Shown in pieces: positions 47,048-56,176 of a stretch of 64,000 bases of DNA. Numbering within the stretch: the first letter of the stretch is position 1; the number at the start of each line of letters is the position of its first letter. This DNA comes from an uncultured Lachnospiraceae bacterium. GTDB lineage: Bacteria > Bacillota > Clostridia > Lachnospirales > Lachnospiraceae. The position numbers and the translations under genes were made by a program. The DNA lies in NCBI GenBank assembly GCA_946631295.1, contig CAMOZY010000004.1:2316-66315 (forward strand), given 5' to 3'. Below the pieces are notes generated by a model. It saw only the letters and a list, made by a program, of their open reading frames with translations. It did no database searches and was not told where the DNA came from.

Positions 47048-48151
47048 TCAATCCATCTTGAGATATTCCGAATATGCCATGAAGAAAGGGCCGACTCCCT
47101 TGGAATCATCACTTACGATCTTCTCTGACAGATAGTATTCAACGCTTCCGTCACGGACAGGATTGTCCTGAGGTCCGAGACCTGCAACCTGACAGATACC
47201 CGTAAGCTCGGTTTTACCGTTTTCGGTAATGAGCTTATCATTTATAAGTCCTTCAACGATCCTGCATCCGATAGGGGCATATTTTTCCCTGAGAAGCACT
47301 CCCTTGCGGCAGCCCTTAAGTATCGCATATGCGACCATCGAACTTCCTGAAGTCTCCAGATAATTACCCTCAACATCAGGTCTGTCAATGACCTGTCTGA
47401 AAAGTCCTGTTTCCGGATCCTGATACTTAAGTATTCCCGTGATATGCTCCCTGAAAATATCCCTCAGATATGCATACTGCTCGAATATCTCCTCACTCAT
47501 GACATCCATGACATCTATCAGTGCCATCAGATACCATCCCATGCTGCGGAGCCAGAAATTAGCAGAGCATCCGGTTTCCTTATCTGCCCAGAAAGCTGTC
47601 TTTGAAATATCGCAGGCATGATAGTTAAGGCTCTTTTCCTTATTGCCAAGATATTTTTCAACATTTCTGAACTGATCTATTATGTCGTTATATTTCTCCT
47701 TGCCGTCATATCTGGTCTCATATTCCATATAGAAGGGCTGTCCCATATAAAGACCGTCAAGCCAGATCTGATCGGGATAGATCTTCTTGTGGAAGAAATT
47801 GCCTGTAGAGCACCTCGGATGGCTTCTGAGCTGATTCATAAGAAGCTCAATGGCCTTCCTGTATTTCTCCTCACCGGTTCTGTCATACATAAAATACAGT
47901 ATCCTTCCGGGGAGGATATTATCGATATTATACTTATCAATACTGTAGTTAAGTATATCTCCGTCTTCCGTTATGAAACCCTTCAGATATCTTTCAATAA
48001 AATCAACATATTTTTCATCGCCCGTAGCCTCATACAGATACCTTGAACCTATGAGCACGCAGCCGTCCTCATAGTTCCAGCAGTCCTTATAATTCTTGTA
48101 TCCGGCTAAGAATCCGTCAATGTAATCCATCACTCTCTGATCAGGTTTCAT
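47048..48151 (-). CDS. GH105 (GH88/105 clan) unsaturated rhamnogalacturonyl/galacturonyl hydrolase
   Basis: WNYEDG, IDNI, WLDGLYMGQPF, WLRSMGW, YLETSGS, DSKGVGP. Confidence 0.92.
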   Translation of the reverse strand: MKPDQRVMDYIDGFLAGYKNYKDCWNYEDGCVLIGSRYLYEATGDEKYVDFIERYLKGFITEDGDILNYSIDKYNIDNILPGRILYFMYDRTGEEKYRKAIELLMNQLRSHPRCSTGNFFHKKIYPDQIWLDGLYMGQPFYMEYETRYDGKEKYNDIIDQFRNVEKYLGNKEKSLNYHACDISKTAFWADKETGCSANFWLRSMGWYLMALIDVMDVMSEEIFEQYAYLRDIFREHITGILKYQDPETGLFRQVIDRPDVEGNYLETSGSSMVAYAILKGCRKGVLLREKYAPIGCRIVEGLINDKLITENGKTELTGICQVAGLGPQDNPVRDGSVEYYLSEKIVSDDSKGVGPFFMAYSEYLKMD

Positions 48152-48155
48152 TTGG

Positions 48156-48169
48156 TGTAAGCCCTTTCA
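48156..48169. promoter_or_regulatory. cre/LacI-like palindrome overlapping the GH105 ribosome-binding region
   Basis: TGTAAGCCCTTTCA, between a TTGACC-18-TATAAT promoter and the ATG. Confidence 0.5.
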
Positions 48170-48238
48170 TAAAAAATTAAAAAAAATAAAAAATCCTAGT
48201 TAATTATAATTGAAAACAATGTAAACGGTCAAGGCGTG

Positions 48239-48272
48239 AAAAAAGACGATACCTTAAAGCACCGTCTTTTTT
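48239..48272. terminator. Bidirectional terminator after the hybrid kinase
   Basis: AAAAAGACG...CGTCTTTTTT. Confidence 0.6.
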
Positions 48273-48330
48273 ACACTTGATCAGTAAATCAGCCGGATCC
48301 TTTACAGACCCAAATCATTTACAGACCGGA

Positions 48331-50610
48331 TCATTTGATGATATCAAGGATCAGCTCGGGGGGAAGATTCTTCTTTACGCTGTCTTCCAGTTCGTAGGGA
48401 TCGACCGGCTTAGCAAGATATCCGTCGAAGCCTGCTTCCAGATACTTCTCCATACTGCCCTGCACTGCATTGGCGGTGAGTGCGATCTGAGGCGTGCTCC
48501 TGTTCGGATTGTTTTCATCTCCGCGGATGATCTGCATTGTCTCTATTCCGTCGGGGCTTGGCATCATATGATCCATAAAGATCACATCATACTTCTTTCT
48601 CTTAGACAGATCTATCGCTTCATTTCCACCCGGAGCCTTATCTATCTGTACCTTGGTACCCTTGAGAAGATTTACGAATACCGTAAGGTTCATTTCATTG
48701 TCATCAACTATAAGTATCTTAGCATCCGGTGCAGTGAAGGAAGCTTCATACTTCCTGCGTCTTCCCTTCTCCTTATCCTTCTTCAGTTTGATTGCTCCGA
48801 CAAGCGTATTATCTGCGATCTTCTGAGGTATCTTGACGGTAAATACGGAGCCTTCACCATAACGGCTTGAAACCTTGATCTCTCCGCCCATTCCCTCACA
48901 AAGCTTCTTCGTTATCGCAAGTCCGAGTCCTGTTCCTTCGATGTGGCGGTTTCTTTGAATATCCGCTCTTGAAAAACTGTCAAAGATATGACCTATATCC
49001 TCGTTTCTTATTCCGATTCCGGTATCACTGACAGTTACCAGAAGATCATATCCGTCCGCCTTATAATCTCCTGTAACGGAGATCCTTACATATCCGATAT
49101 TTGTGTATTTAACTGCATTAGTGATGAGATTGATAAGTATCTGTTCAATCTTGCCCTCATCTCCTGTAAGAACTGAAGGCATTCCGGGATCCACATCAAG
49201 TGAGATCCTGAGGTTCTTTTCCGCAGCCCTCTTTTCAAGCATATTTCCGCAGTTCTGAACAAGTTCCATTACGGAATAATCCTTTTCATCAAGCTCGAAA
49301 TTGCCGGCTTCTATCTTGGAAAAATCGAGAACGTCATTGATGAGGTTAAGAAGCATGTGTCCTGCTTTTTCAACATCTCTGGAATATCCCAGAATAACCA
49401 GATCATGGGATTCTCTGGTGATCATCTCATTCATGCCAAGGATCGTATTAATGGGAGTTCTGATCTCATGTGACATGGATGAAAGGAAACTGCTCTTTGC
49501 ATTGGAAGCTTCAAGAGCACGCTTTTCCGCGATGGCGAGCTTCTCATTCTTATCCTCGATGGAGGAAATATATTCGCTTTCTTTTGTGACATCATAAAAC
49601 TCGATCAGATAGCCGATCATGTCATCGCTGTCACGGTGCAGGAACTTCTTTTTACGAAGATACTTGACCTCACTTCTCAGAACGTGGCCGGAACGTCTCA
49701 GTGTCTTATGATATACGGATCTGGTGCCCTCTCCGTCTTCTTTTACCATAGCTGAAAACTGTTCGAGAAGTTCAGTAACCTCCTTAAGGTCACCATTCAG
49801 CTTCCTGTCTATCTCCTGCTTTTCAAGAGCATCAAAATACTGTCTTGCCAATGCATTGGAGCCAAGATACTGCTTCTTTTTGTCGAATACGATATACGCA
49901 TACTCCTCCATCTTCTCCCAGGTACGCATGACGTTATAAGACATGTCATACATTTCAACCCTGTTGAAAACAAGAAGTATGATGATCTCCGTAATCAGAT
50001 ATCCAACGCTGTTCCATTCAAAATCGACCTTGAACATTCTGTCCAGTGCATAGATAAGGACATTGACAATGAGGAAAACGGAATACATTACCGTGGTTTT
50101 ATAGGATACGATATTCCTTCTCCTGATCGCTTTTGCACAGATAACACCGCAGCCGACAATATAAAATGCCAGCATAAGAACATGAGTGATATGTAACGGT
50201 CCGTACTCTTTTACGAGGACCGTATATCCGCCCGCATCCGCAATATCTATGCTTTTGTAGTAAATGGGTAGACGGCCTATGGTAAAAGTAAAACCAATGA
50301 CCACCGAAGAACATAAGAAAGTAAGAAAACGGACAAGATGAGGGATACGTATCTTGGTAACATCAGCACCTATGCAGAAAACGAAGAAAGGAAGATAGCA
50401 TCCGCCAAAATATATGCAGCAGTTTCCAAGTATCGCCGCATCGAGAGTTTTTGCAATGGAAACGGCCAGATATCCGCCATTTGAAACAATAATGGCGCAC
50501 ATCAGCAAAACCGTATATATATTTGGTCTGACACCGGATTCAACCAGTAACAGAATATTAAATACGGCGAAAATAAACGCGATGAGATATACGAGCGTAA
50601 CAATGTTCAA
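48331..50610 (-). CDS. Hybrid sensor histidine kinase/response regulator with a 7TM N-terminus
   Basis: H-box MSHEIRTP, N-box NLITNAVKY, DTGIG, GTGLGL, REC domain IFMDHMMP and AKP. Confidence 0.94.
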   Translation of the reverse strand: MNIVTLVYLIAFIFAVFNILLLVESGVRPNIYTVLLMCAIIVSNGGYLAVSIAKTLDAAILGNCCIYFGGCYLPFFVFCIGADVTKIRIPHLVRFLTFLCSSVVIGFTFTIGRLPIYYKSIDIADAGGYTVLVKEYGPLHITHVLMLAFYIVGCGVICAKAIRRRNIVSYKTTVMYSVFLIVNVLIYALDRMFKVDFEWNSVGYLITEIIILLVFNRVEMYDMSYNVMRTWEKMEEYAYIVFDKKKQYLGSNALARQYFDALEKQEIDRKLNGDLKEVTELLEQFSAMVKEDGEGTRSVYHKTLRRSGHVLRSEVKYLRKKKFLHRDSDDMIGYLIEFYDVTKESEYISSIEDKNEKLAIAEKRALEASNAKSSFLSSMSHEIRTPINTILGMNEMITRESHDLVILGYSRDVEKAGHMLLNLINDVLDFSKIEAGNFELDEKDYSVMELVQNCGNMLEKRAAEKNLRISLDVDPGMPSVLTGDEGKIEQILINLITNAVKYTNIGYVRISVTGDYKADGYDLLVTVSDTGIGIRNEDIGHIFDSFSRADIQRNRHIEGTGLGLAITKKLCEGMGGEIKVSSRYGEGSVFTVKIPQKIADNTLVGAIKLKKDKEKGRRRKYEASFTAPDAKILIVDDNEMNLTVFVNLLKGTKVQIDKAPGGNEAIDLSKRKKYDVIFMDHMMPSPDGIETMQIIRGDENNPNRSTPQIALTANAVQGSMEKYLEAGFDGYLAKPVDPYELEDSVKKNLPPELILDIIK

Positions 50611-52565
50611 GATTTACTCTGCCCCATAAACTCTACGTACTCCGCTTCGCTCATAGGCTTGGCGTAGTAGAAACCCTGAATGAAATCACAGCCCTGCTCT
50701 TCGAACCAGTCCGATACTTCCTTGGACTCAACACCTTCAACAACGATATGTGCACCCATGCTCTTAATGAGATTGATCGCCTCGCCGAGAATTCTTCTCT
50801 TGGCGGGGTCGACAGCTTCATCTGTAAGAGTCTTATCAAGCTTGATGACCTTATAAGGGAAGGACATGACCCTGTGAAGGTTGGAATAACCCGATCCGTA
50901 ATCATCAAGTGAAAACTTAAGTCCTTCCGCCGACATTGCGTTCATTGTCTCAAGAACTCTCTCATACGCTCCGTCTGCGGCAGTCTCGGTTATCTCGAAA
51001 TTGATCCAGCTCGACTCGATCCTGTATTCCTTCATGTAATACTTGATCTTTTCGGCCATATCAGCCTGCATGCACTGGATGATCGAAAGGTTGACCTCTA
51101 TATAATCCACCCCGAGGTCCTCAGGAGTATGTTCTGACAGGAATCTGCATACATCCTTTATTACAAAATCACCGATGTTGACGATCCTTCCGGTCTTCTC
51201 TGCCGCGGGAATGAATACTGCGGGAGGTATGGATCCGAACTCAGGTGAATTAAGTCTGATAAGTGCTTCGGCACATTTGTATTTCTTTTCCTTGAGGGAA
51301 TAGATCGGCTGGTAATACATCTCGAACCTGTCATGCTTGATGGCATCTTCAATGATGTTGTCGATCGAATTGAGTATTACGAATTCCCTGTCAAAAGAAA
51401 TCTCGGAATATACAACAGGCTTGCCGGGTTCGATCAGATTCTGTATGCGCTCTGAGAACTTGAGAAGCTCATCCTTGGACGCTATGTCCTTTGGAATATC
51501 AACTGAGCATACACACATCTCAAGCTGAAGATCGAATCCGTCTTCGGAAAAGCCTTGGGAATATCTCCTGTTCAGCTTCTCCATCTGCTTGAGGACAAGA
51601 TTCCTGTCGAAACGTCCCTGCACGATCATCGCATAAAGTCCGCCTCTTAAGTAATACAGATCGGTCGATGCAAGGAGTCCTTTGTATCTTTCCTTTACGA
51701 GAGTATCACCTGCGGAATGAAGAACTCTGCGGTATACTCTGATGTCGGTAAGGCTTCTGATCTCCGAATCATTGGAGATCTTCGCAAAAACGATCATCGC
51801 GTTTCTCTTGCTGAGGATGATGTTCTCGACATCGTTTTCAAAGGGTATATACGATGAAAGTCCTGTTTCAATGTCTATTGATTCGTCAGGTCTGAATACG
51901 AAGAAGGCAAGTATCAGCATTGAAAGGGATGCGCCGAACATTGCCGTCATCAGTTCGGGATACATGTCCTGGATAAGTATGGCCGCAACATTCACGGGAT
52001 AAACCAGGAGCATGGAAAGGAACTTCTCTACGCTGAGCCTCTTCCTGATCACAAAGAGCTGGACAAGGCTGAAGATCATGAAGTAGAAACCGAAATAATC
52101 ATATACGGTCATCAGATCACCGCGTACATAGCACACGGAATCGTCGGTAAGAGTATAGTAAAAGATCCTCTGGGTAAAGAAATTCGAGTAACAGAATCCA
52201 AGGAATGCGATGAGCGGTCCGAAATAAAGAATTGCAAGCTTAGGGTCAGATTTGATCCTGCTCCAGCTTCCGCTCATCAGAGCATAGATCCTTATAAGGA
52301 TCGGCATCTGTATCGCTCTGAGGAATATGAAGATATATCCCATAATGAACTTGAACAGAACAGATGTCTCAAGAGCCGTACCGGTATACGGAAGTGCCCT
52401 CAGTATATCAAAAACACAGCTTAGGATAAGAACTATCCCCAGCTGTAAGAATGCCCTGTTAAGCCTGCCGCGGTGCATCTTGCGAAGAAGCATCGAAACA
52501 AGTATCGCAAGGAGCATACATATACTGCAAATATCAAAATAAATCACGCGGTCCACTATCTGCAC
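50607..52565 (-). CDS. Membrane c-di-GMP phosphodiesterase (7TM + degenerate GGDEF + EAL)
   Basis: EALIRL, EITE, DDYGSGYS, EGVE, QGFYY intact; GGDEF position degenerate (LRGGLY); GTG start; 4-nt overlap with the kinase. Confidence 0.9.
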   Translation of the reverse strand: MQIVDRVIYFDICSICMLLAILVSMLLRKMHRGRLNRAFLQLGIVLILSCVFDILRALPYTGTALETSVLFKFIMGYIFIFLRAIQMPILIRIYALMSGSWSRIKSDPKLAILYFGPLIAFLGFCYSNFFTQRIFYYTLTDDSVCYVRGDLMTVYDYFGFYFMIFSLVQLFVIRKRLSVEKFLSMLLVYPVNVAAILIQDMYPELMTAMFGASLSMLILAFFVFRPDESIDIETGLSSYIPFENDVENIILSKRNAMIVFAKISNDSEIRSLTDIRVYRRVLHSAGDTLVKERYKGLLASTDLYYLRGGLYAMIVQGRFDRNLVLKQMEKLNRRYSQGFSEDGFDLQLEMCVCSVDIPKDIASKDELLKFSERIQNLIEPGKPVVYSEISFDREFVILNSIDNIIEDAIKHDRFEMYYQPIYSLKEKKYKCAEALIRLNSPEFGSIPPAVFIPAAEKTGRIVNIGDFVIKDVCRFLSEHTPEDLGVDYIEVNLSIIQCMQADMAEKIKYYMKEYRIESSWINFEITETAADGAYERVLETMNAMSAEGLKFSLDDYGSGYSNLHRVMSFPYKVIKLDKTLTDEAVDPAKRRILGEAINLIKSMGAHIVVEGVESKEVSDWFEEQGCDFIQGFYYAKPMSEAEYVEFMGQSKS

Positions 52566-52689
52566 CTTGACCGAAACGCTCCCTTCTGCTCATTCATAGT
52601 TATTATATCAGCACTTTCATGCTTTAAACAACCGAAAAAAGCAAAGAAAAAGGCTAAAAATTGTTAATTTCAGCATATAGGAAGCTTTT

Positions 52690-53802
52690 TCAGAACAGAA
52701 TGTCCTTAAAACAGATAAGCGGCTTATTATTTTCATAGTCAAAGCTGTGATGAGCTCCGCCGGCACACCACTTTTCATACTCACATTCCATGCAGTTTTT
52801 GTTGCGAAGTGAAAGATGCTTTCTGAAGGTTTCGAACCTGTTTTTCCATATATCCGAAAAAAGATCGTTATTTACATTGCCGAATATGACCTCATCATTA
52901 GGCATGATATCCAGGCATGCTGTAATACTTCCGTCCGATCTTATGCTTGCCGTAAAAACTCCGGCATTGCACAAAAACATCCTCTTTCTTACATTTCCTT
53001 CGATATCCGGTCCGAGGAAATGAGAGCAGCCGTATTCGACCGGATATCCCTGTCTTCTTTTATCAATGATAAAAGAAAACATCCTTCTCTGGTCTTCAGG
53101 CGTAAGGAGCATATCGGGCCTTTCCAGCGCACGGCCGATAGGCTCTATGCCGATCACTCTCCAGGAATCCACATCCATACCGTTAACTATTTCAAAGAGC
53201 TCATCAAGCTCTGAGATATTCTTGTGGTTCACCACAGTCGTGATCTGTATTGCATGGAATCCGCCTTCATCTATGAGATTCTGTATTCCTCTCATAGCGA
53301 GTGCATATCCGCCCCTAAGTCCTCTCTGGGCATCGTGAGTCTCTTCAAGTCCGTCTATGCTGACAGATATCGTCTTCATACCGGCTTCACGAAGCTTATG
53401 AGCAGCCTCTTTTGTGATAAGCGTTGCATTTGAAGTCATGCCCCATGCGAATCCCTTATCGTTTATCATGTTCACGATATCAAAGAAATCGCTTCTTATC
53501 ATCGGCTCACCGCCGGTTATGCAGATAAGGATCCTGCGCTTATCGAAATTTGCATCCACATCGTCAAGGATCTGCGCATACTTTTCGAGGGACAATCCCG
53601 AGATCTGACCGGGCTCGCATCCGGATCCGCAGTGAAAACATCTCTCGTTACACTTAAGTGTAAGTTCAAAAAAAAGATGTCTGAGGTCGGGCTTTACATA
53701 AAGAGACTCCCTGACCTCAGACCTTCTGTCCAAAATCTGTTCCTTAACCTTTATGAGAGCAGGATCTTCTACAGCATATGCTTTGAATTCCTTAAGATCC
53801 AT
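52690..53802 (-). CDS. Radical SAM/SPASM peptide- or protein-modifying enzyme
   Basis: C51-x3-C55-x2-C58 (CNERCFHC), ITGGEP, SIDG; SPASM-type Cys in YGC, LCNAG, TAC, CMEC, WCAGG, LICF. Confidence 0.92.
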   Translation of the reverse strand: MDLKEFKAYAVEDPALIKVKEQILDRRSEVRESLYVKPDLRHLFFELTLKCNERCFHCGSGCEPGQISGLSLEKYAQILDDVDANFDKRRILICITGGEPMIRSDFFDIVNMINDKGFAWGMTSNATLITKEAAHKLREAGMKTISVSIDGLEETHDAQRGLRGGYALAMRGIQNLIDEGGFHAIQITTVVNHKNISELDELFEIVNGMDVDSWRVIGIEPIGRALERPDMLLTPEDQRRMFSFIIDKRRQGYPVEYGCSHFLGPDIEGNVRKRMFLCNAGVFTASIRSDGSITACLDIMPNDEVIFGNVNNDLFSDIWKNRFETFRKHLSLRNKNCMECEYEKWCAGGAHHSFDYENNKPLICFKDILF

Positions 53803-54263
53803 TAATCCTCTCCTTGCTTATTACTGTCATTACTGCCATTTTCAGTATCTTCAAAATATTCAGGCGGTCCGTAAACCGGTACTGAAGGCTCACCGGAGCC
53901 CTCAGTATCAAACCATTCCGGAGGCCCGTAAACCACCACTGAAGGACCATCAAAATCTTCGTCCTCAAAAAACTCGGGAGGCCCGTATACATCCTCCATC
54001 GGACCATCTTCTTCACCTTCATCCTCTTCAAACCAGTCGGGCGGTCCGTATACGGTATTAATGGGACCATCCTGATCATCGTCATCTATGGCAGGAGGAG
54101 GACCGTAAACAGGATCCTGGGGACCGACTATATCCTCGGGCGGCCCATATACATCAGGGGCAGGATCATTAACCGAGCCAAAGCTGCAACCCGTAAGGCT
54201 TAACATGGCTCCGAGTGTTGTGACGGCTGCCGTAAAAGTAAGCTTTTTGTCATTCTTTTTCAT
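53802..54263 (-). CDS. Acidic lipoprotein with six VYGPP repeats; probable substrate of the adjacent radical SAM enzyme
   Basis: Basic N-terminus, hydrophobic core, lipobox LTGC (Cys26); VYGPP with Tyr at 39, 53, 72, 93, 112 and 131; SD GAGAGGG; stop overlaps the rSAM start (TAATG). Confidence 0.85.
   Translation of the reverse strand: MKKNDKKLTFTAAVTTLGAMLSLTGCSFGSVNDPAPDVYGPPEDIVGPQDPVYGPPPAIDDDDQDGPINTVYGPPDWFEEDEGEEDGPMEDVYGPPEFFEDEDFDGPSVVVYGPPEWFDTEGSGEPSVPVYGPPEYFEDTENGSNDSNKQGED
53853..54152 (-). repeat. Six intragenic VYGPP repeats with synonymous codon variation
   Basis: GT(A/T)TA(C/T)GG(G/A/T)CC cores at roughly 42-63 nt spacing. Confidence 0.9.
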
Positions 54264-54286
54264 ATGGCACCCTCTCTGATAAGTTC

Positions 54287-55975
54287 CTAGATGTATTCAA
54301 GACCCTTTTCATGATAATCGGGTGTAAGAAGCACCTTCTCAAATTCTTCCCTTGGAAGAGGCTTGTCAAAATAATATCCCTGACCGTGATAGCATCCGTA
54401 TTTCTTCAGGAGTTTGATATGATCGGTTGTCTCAACTCCCTCCGCAATGGTGGACATATCAAGATCCGAAGCGATGGAAATGATATGCTTCATCATCACC
54501 ATATCACGTTTACTGATGTCCGCGTTATCAAGGAAGCTCTTATCTATCTTGATCTCGCTGAAGGGAATATCCTTGATCATGCTCATCGATGAATAGCCGA
54601 CACCGAAATCATCGACAGACACCTCAAATCCCTGCTCCGCAAATTCATCCACGAGCTTGTGAAGTCTGATCATATCCGCTTCCGAAGTCGTCTCGGTAAC
54701 CTCAATTACAATAAGAGAATGAGGTATGTTATGCTTGTCGACTATCTCCGTAATTTCCTTTACGAAATTCGGATTGCTGAGGTGTTTTCTTGAAAAGTTT
54801 GAAGAGATCCTGACCGGCTGTTTTCCTTCAGACATCCATCTTGCAAGATCTGCACATACATGGTCGAGTATATAAAAATCAAGAACACAGATGCGCTTGC
54901 TTCTTTCAAGAATGGGAATGAACTGATCAGGCATCACCTGCTTTCCGCCTCTGAACCATCTGCAGAGAGCCTCAGCACCTACGAGCTTGAAGTTGGCAAG
55001 ATTAACCTTGGGCTGATAGAAGGCCTTGAATTCCTCATTGCGTATGGCAGCCTTGAAGGTGGATTCGATCTGCCTTGTATTGGTCATCATATCGATCATC
55101 TTCTGATCGAAATACTGGATCTGACTGTTTCTCGTATGCTTTGCATTCAGCATGGTAGCCTGCGCATTATCAAGGCACTCGTTAAAGCTCTTCTCCTTAC
55201 CGGTGCAGTGATAAACTCCGCAGTATGCTCCGAGCTTGACAACAGATACCTCTCCCGCATCTACATTGATATGGATTCCCTCGAGGATCTCAAGGATCTT
55301 TTCTGTCTTTTCCTGCCTTGTCAGGATACAGAAATTATCACCGCCCATCCTGCAGAGGCATTCCGGCGATTCAAGCATATCCGATACGGTTCCTGTGAAT
55401 TTAAGCATGACCTGATCGGTCATTTTTCTGCCGAGCAGCGAATTAAGACCAGAAAGATTTACGAGATTGAAAAATATGATGGTGTATTCGGACATGCGTT
55501 CAAGCTTCATGACCATCCCCATCATTCTGGTGAGGTAAAAGGCATTAAAATAACCAAGCTCCATCTCATGGAATATAGCATAATCGATATATTCCTTCAT
55601 CCTGATACGGCTCTTGATAGTTGAAAGTATGAGGAGAAAACCTCTGACATGTTCCTTCTCTTCATCGGTCCAGAAATGACCGATAGTCGGATAAACGCTG
55701 AGCTTGACAACTGCACCGTTGGAAATGACCATACGGTTTATGACACAGTCGTCATCATTGATGGAATATGAATCATAATAAACCATCTGCTTGGACGGCT
55801 CATCGCGAAGTTCTGCGTTCATATCGGGATACTCTGTATAATTAACGCGGCCGATGCTCAGAATGCTTACAAGCTCACGCGAATACTCGTCATCCCTGTC
55901 GCTGTCATAGGCGATGACCCCGGCTTCCTTGCAGAAGTAATCATACAGTTTTGCTTTGATCTTATCTGTTTCCAT
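54287..55975 (-). CDS. Cytoplasmic GGDEF(GGDNF)-EAL protein; start likely 55975
   Basis: RMGGDNF; EALCRW, EVTE, DDFGVGYS, EGVE; no TM; TTGTCT-17-TAAAAT promoter upstream. Confidence 0.9.
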   Translation of the reverse strand: METDKIKAKLYDYFCKEAGVIAYDSDRDDEYSRELVSILSIGRVNYTEYPDMNAELRDEPSKQMVYYDSYSINDDDCVINRMVISNGAVVKLSVYPTIGHFWTDEEKEHVRGFLLILSTIKSRIRMKEYIDYAIFHEMELGYFNAFYLTRMMGMVMKLERMSEYTIIFFNLVNLSGLNSLLGRKMTDQVMLKFTGTVSDMLESPECLCRMGGDNFCILTRQEKTEKILEILEGIHINVDAGEVSVVKLGAYCGVYHCTGKEKSFNECLDNAQATMLNAKHTRNSQIQYFDQKMIDMMTNTRQIESTFKAAIRNEEFKAFYQPKVNLANFKLVGAEALCRWFRGGKQVMPDQFIPILERSKRICVLDFYILDHVCADLARWMSEGKQPVRISSNFSRKHLSNPNFVKEITEIVDKHNIPHSLIVIEVTETTSEADMIRLHKLVDEFAEQGFEVSVDDFGVGYSSMSMIKDIPFSEIKIDKSFLDNADISKRDMVMMKHIISIASDLDMSTIAEGVETTDHIKLLKKYGCYHGQGYYFDKPLPREEFEKVLLTPDYHEKGLEYI

Positions 55976-56057
55976 CAAATTCCCCGATTTAGTAAATTTT
56001 ATCACAAAACAGTCATTCAGACAAAAAGAATATCAAATAATTCCCGTCAAAAAACAA

Positions 56058-56071
56058 TGAAATCCCTTACA
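56058..56071. promoter_or_regulatory. cre/LacI-like palindrome upstream of the GGDEF-EAL gene
   Basis: TGAAATCCCTTACA, 13/14 identical to the site at 44158. Confidence 0.5.
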
Positions 56072-56116
56072 AAAACATCATGTATTTCCTTTCGAAACAG
56101 ACATGAATTTTATAGT

Positions 56117-56146
56117 GAAAACAGGTCGCCGCAGCAACCTGTTTTC
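56117..56146. terminator. Intrinsic terminator after GH3
   Basis: GAAAACAGGT...ACCTGTTTTC perfect 10-bp stem. Confidence 0.75.
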
Positions 56147-56176
56147 TGAGTATCAATATTTACGTTCCTTCCGTTA

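Noticed and set aside
48298-48330. Short direct repeat TTTACAGACC x2 after the hybrid kinase
   Set aside because: 10 nt, two copies, no associated promoter; probably slippage.
52566-52689. c-di-GMP riboswitch upstream of the EAL gene
   Set aside because: No class I or class II consensus recognised; only a short hairpin overlapping the promoter.
53792-54085. 97-aa alternative-frame ORF with repeated YTG/FTG/FTD inside the lipoprotein gene
   Set aside because: The periodicity is a by-product of the VYGPP repeats. The 153-aa frame has the SD, lipobox and coupled stop.
53853-54152. Possible CRISPR array from repeated GGxCCGTAxAC cores
   Set aside because: Cores are only about 11-14 nt, vary at third codon positions, are in frame within a gene, and no cas genes are present.
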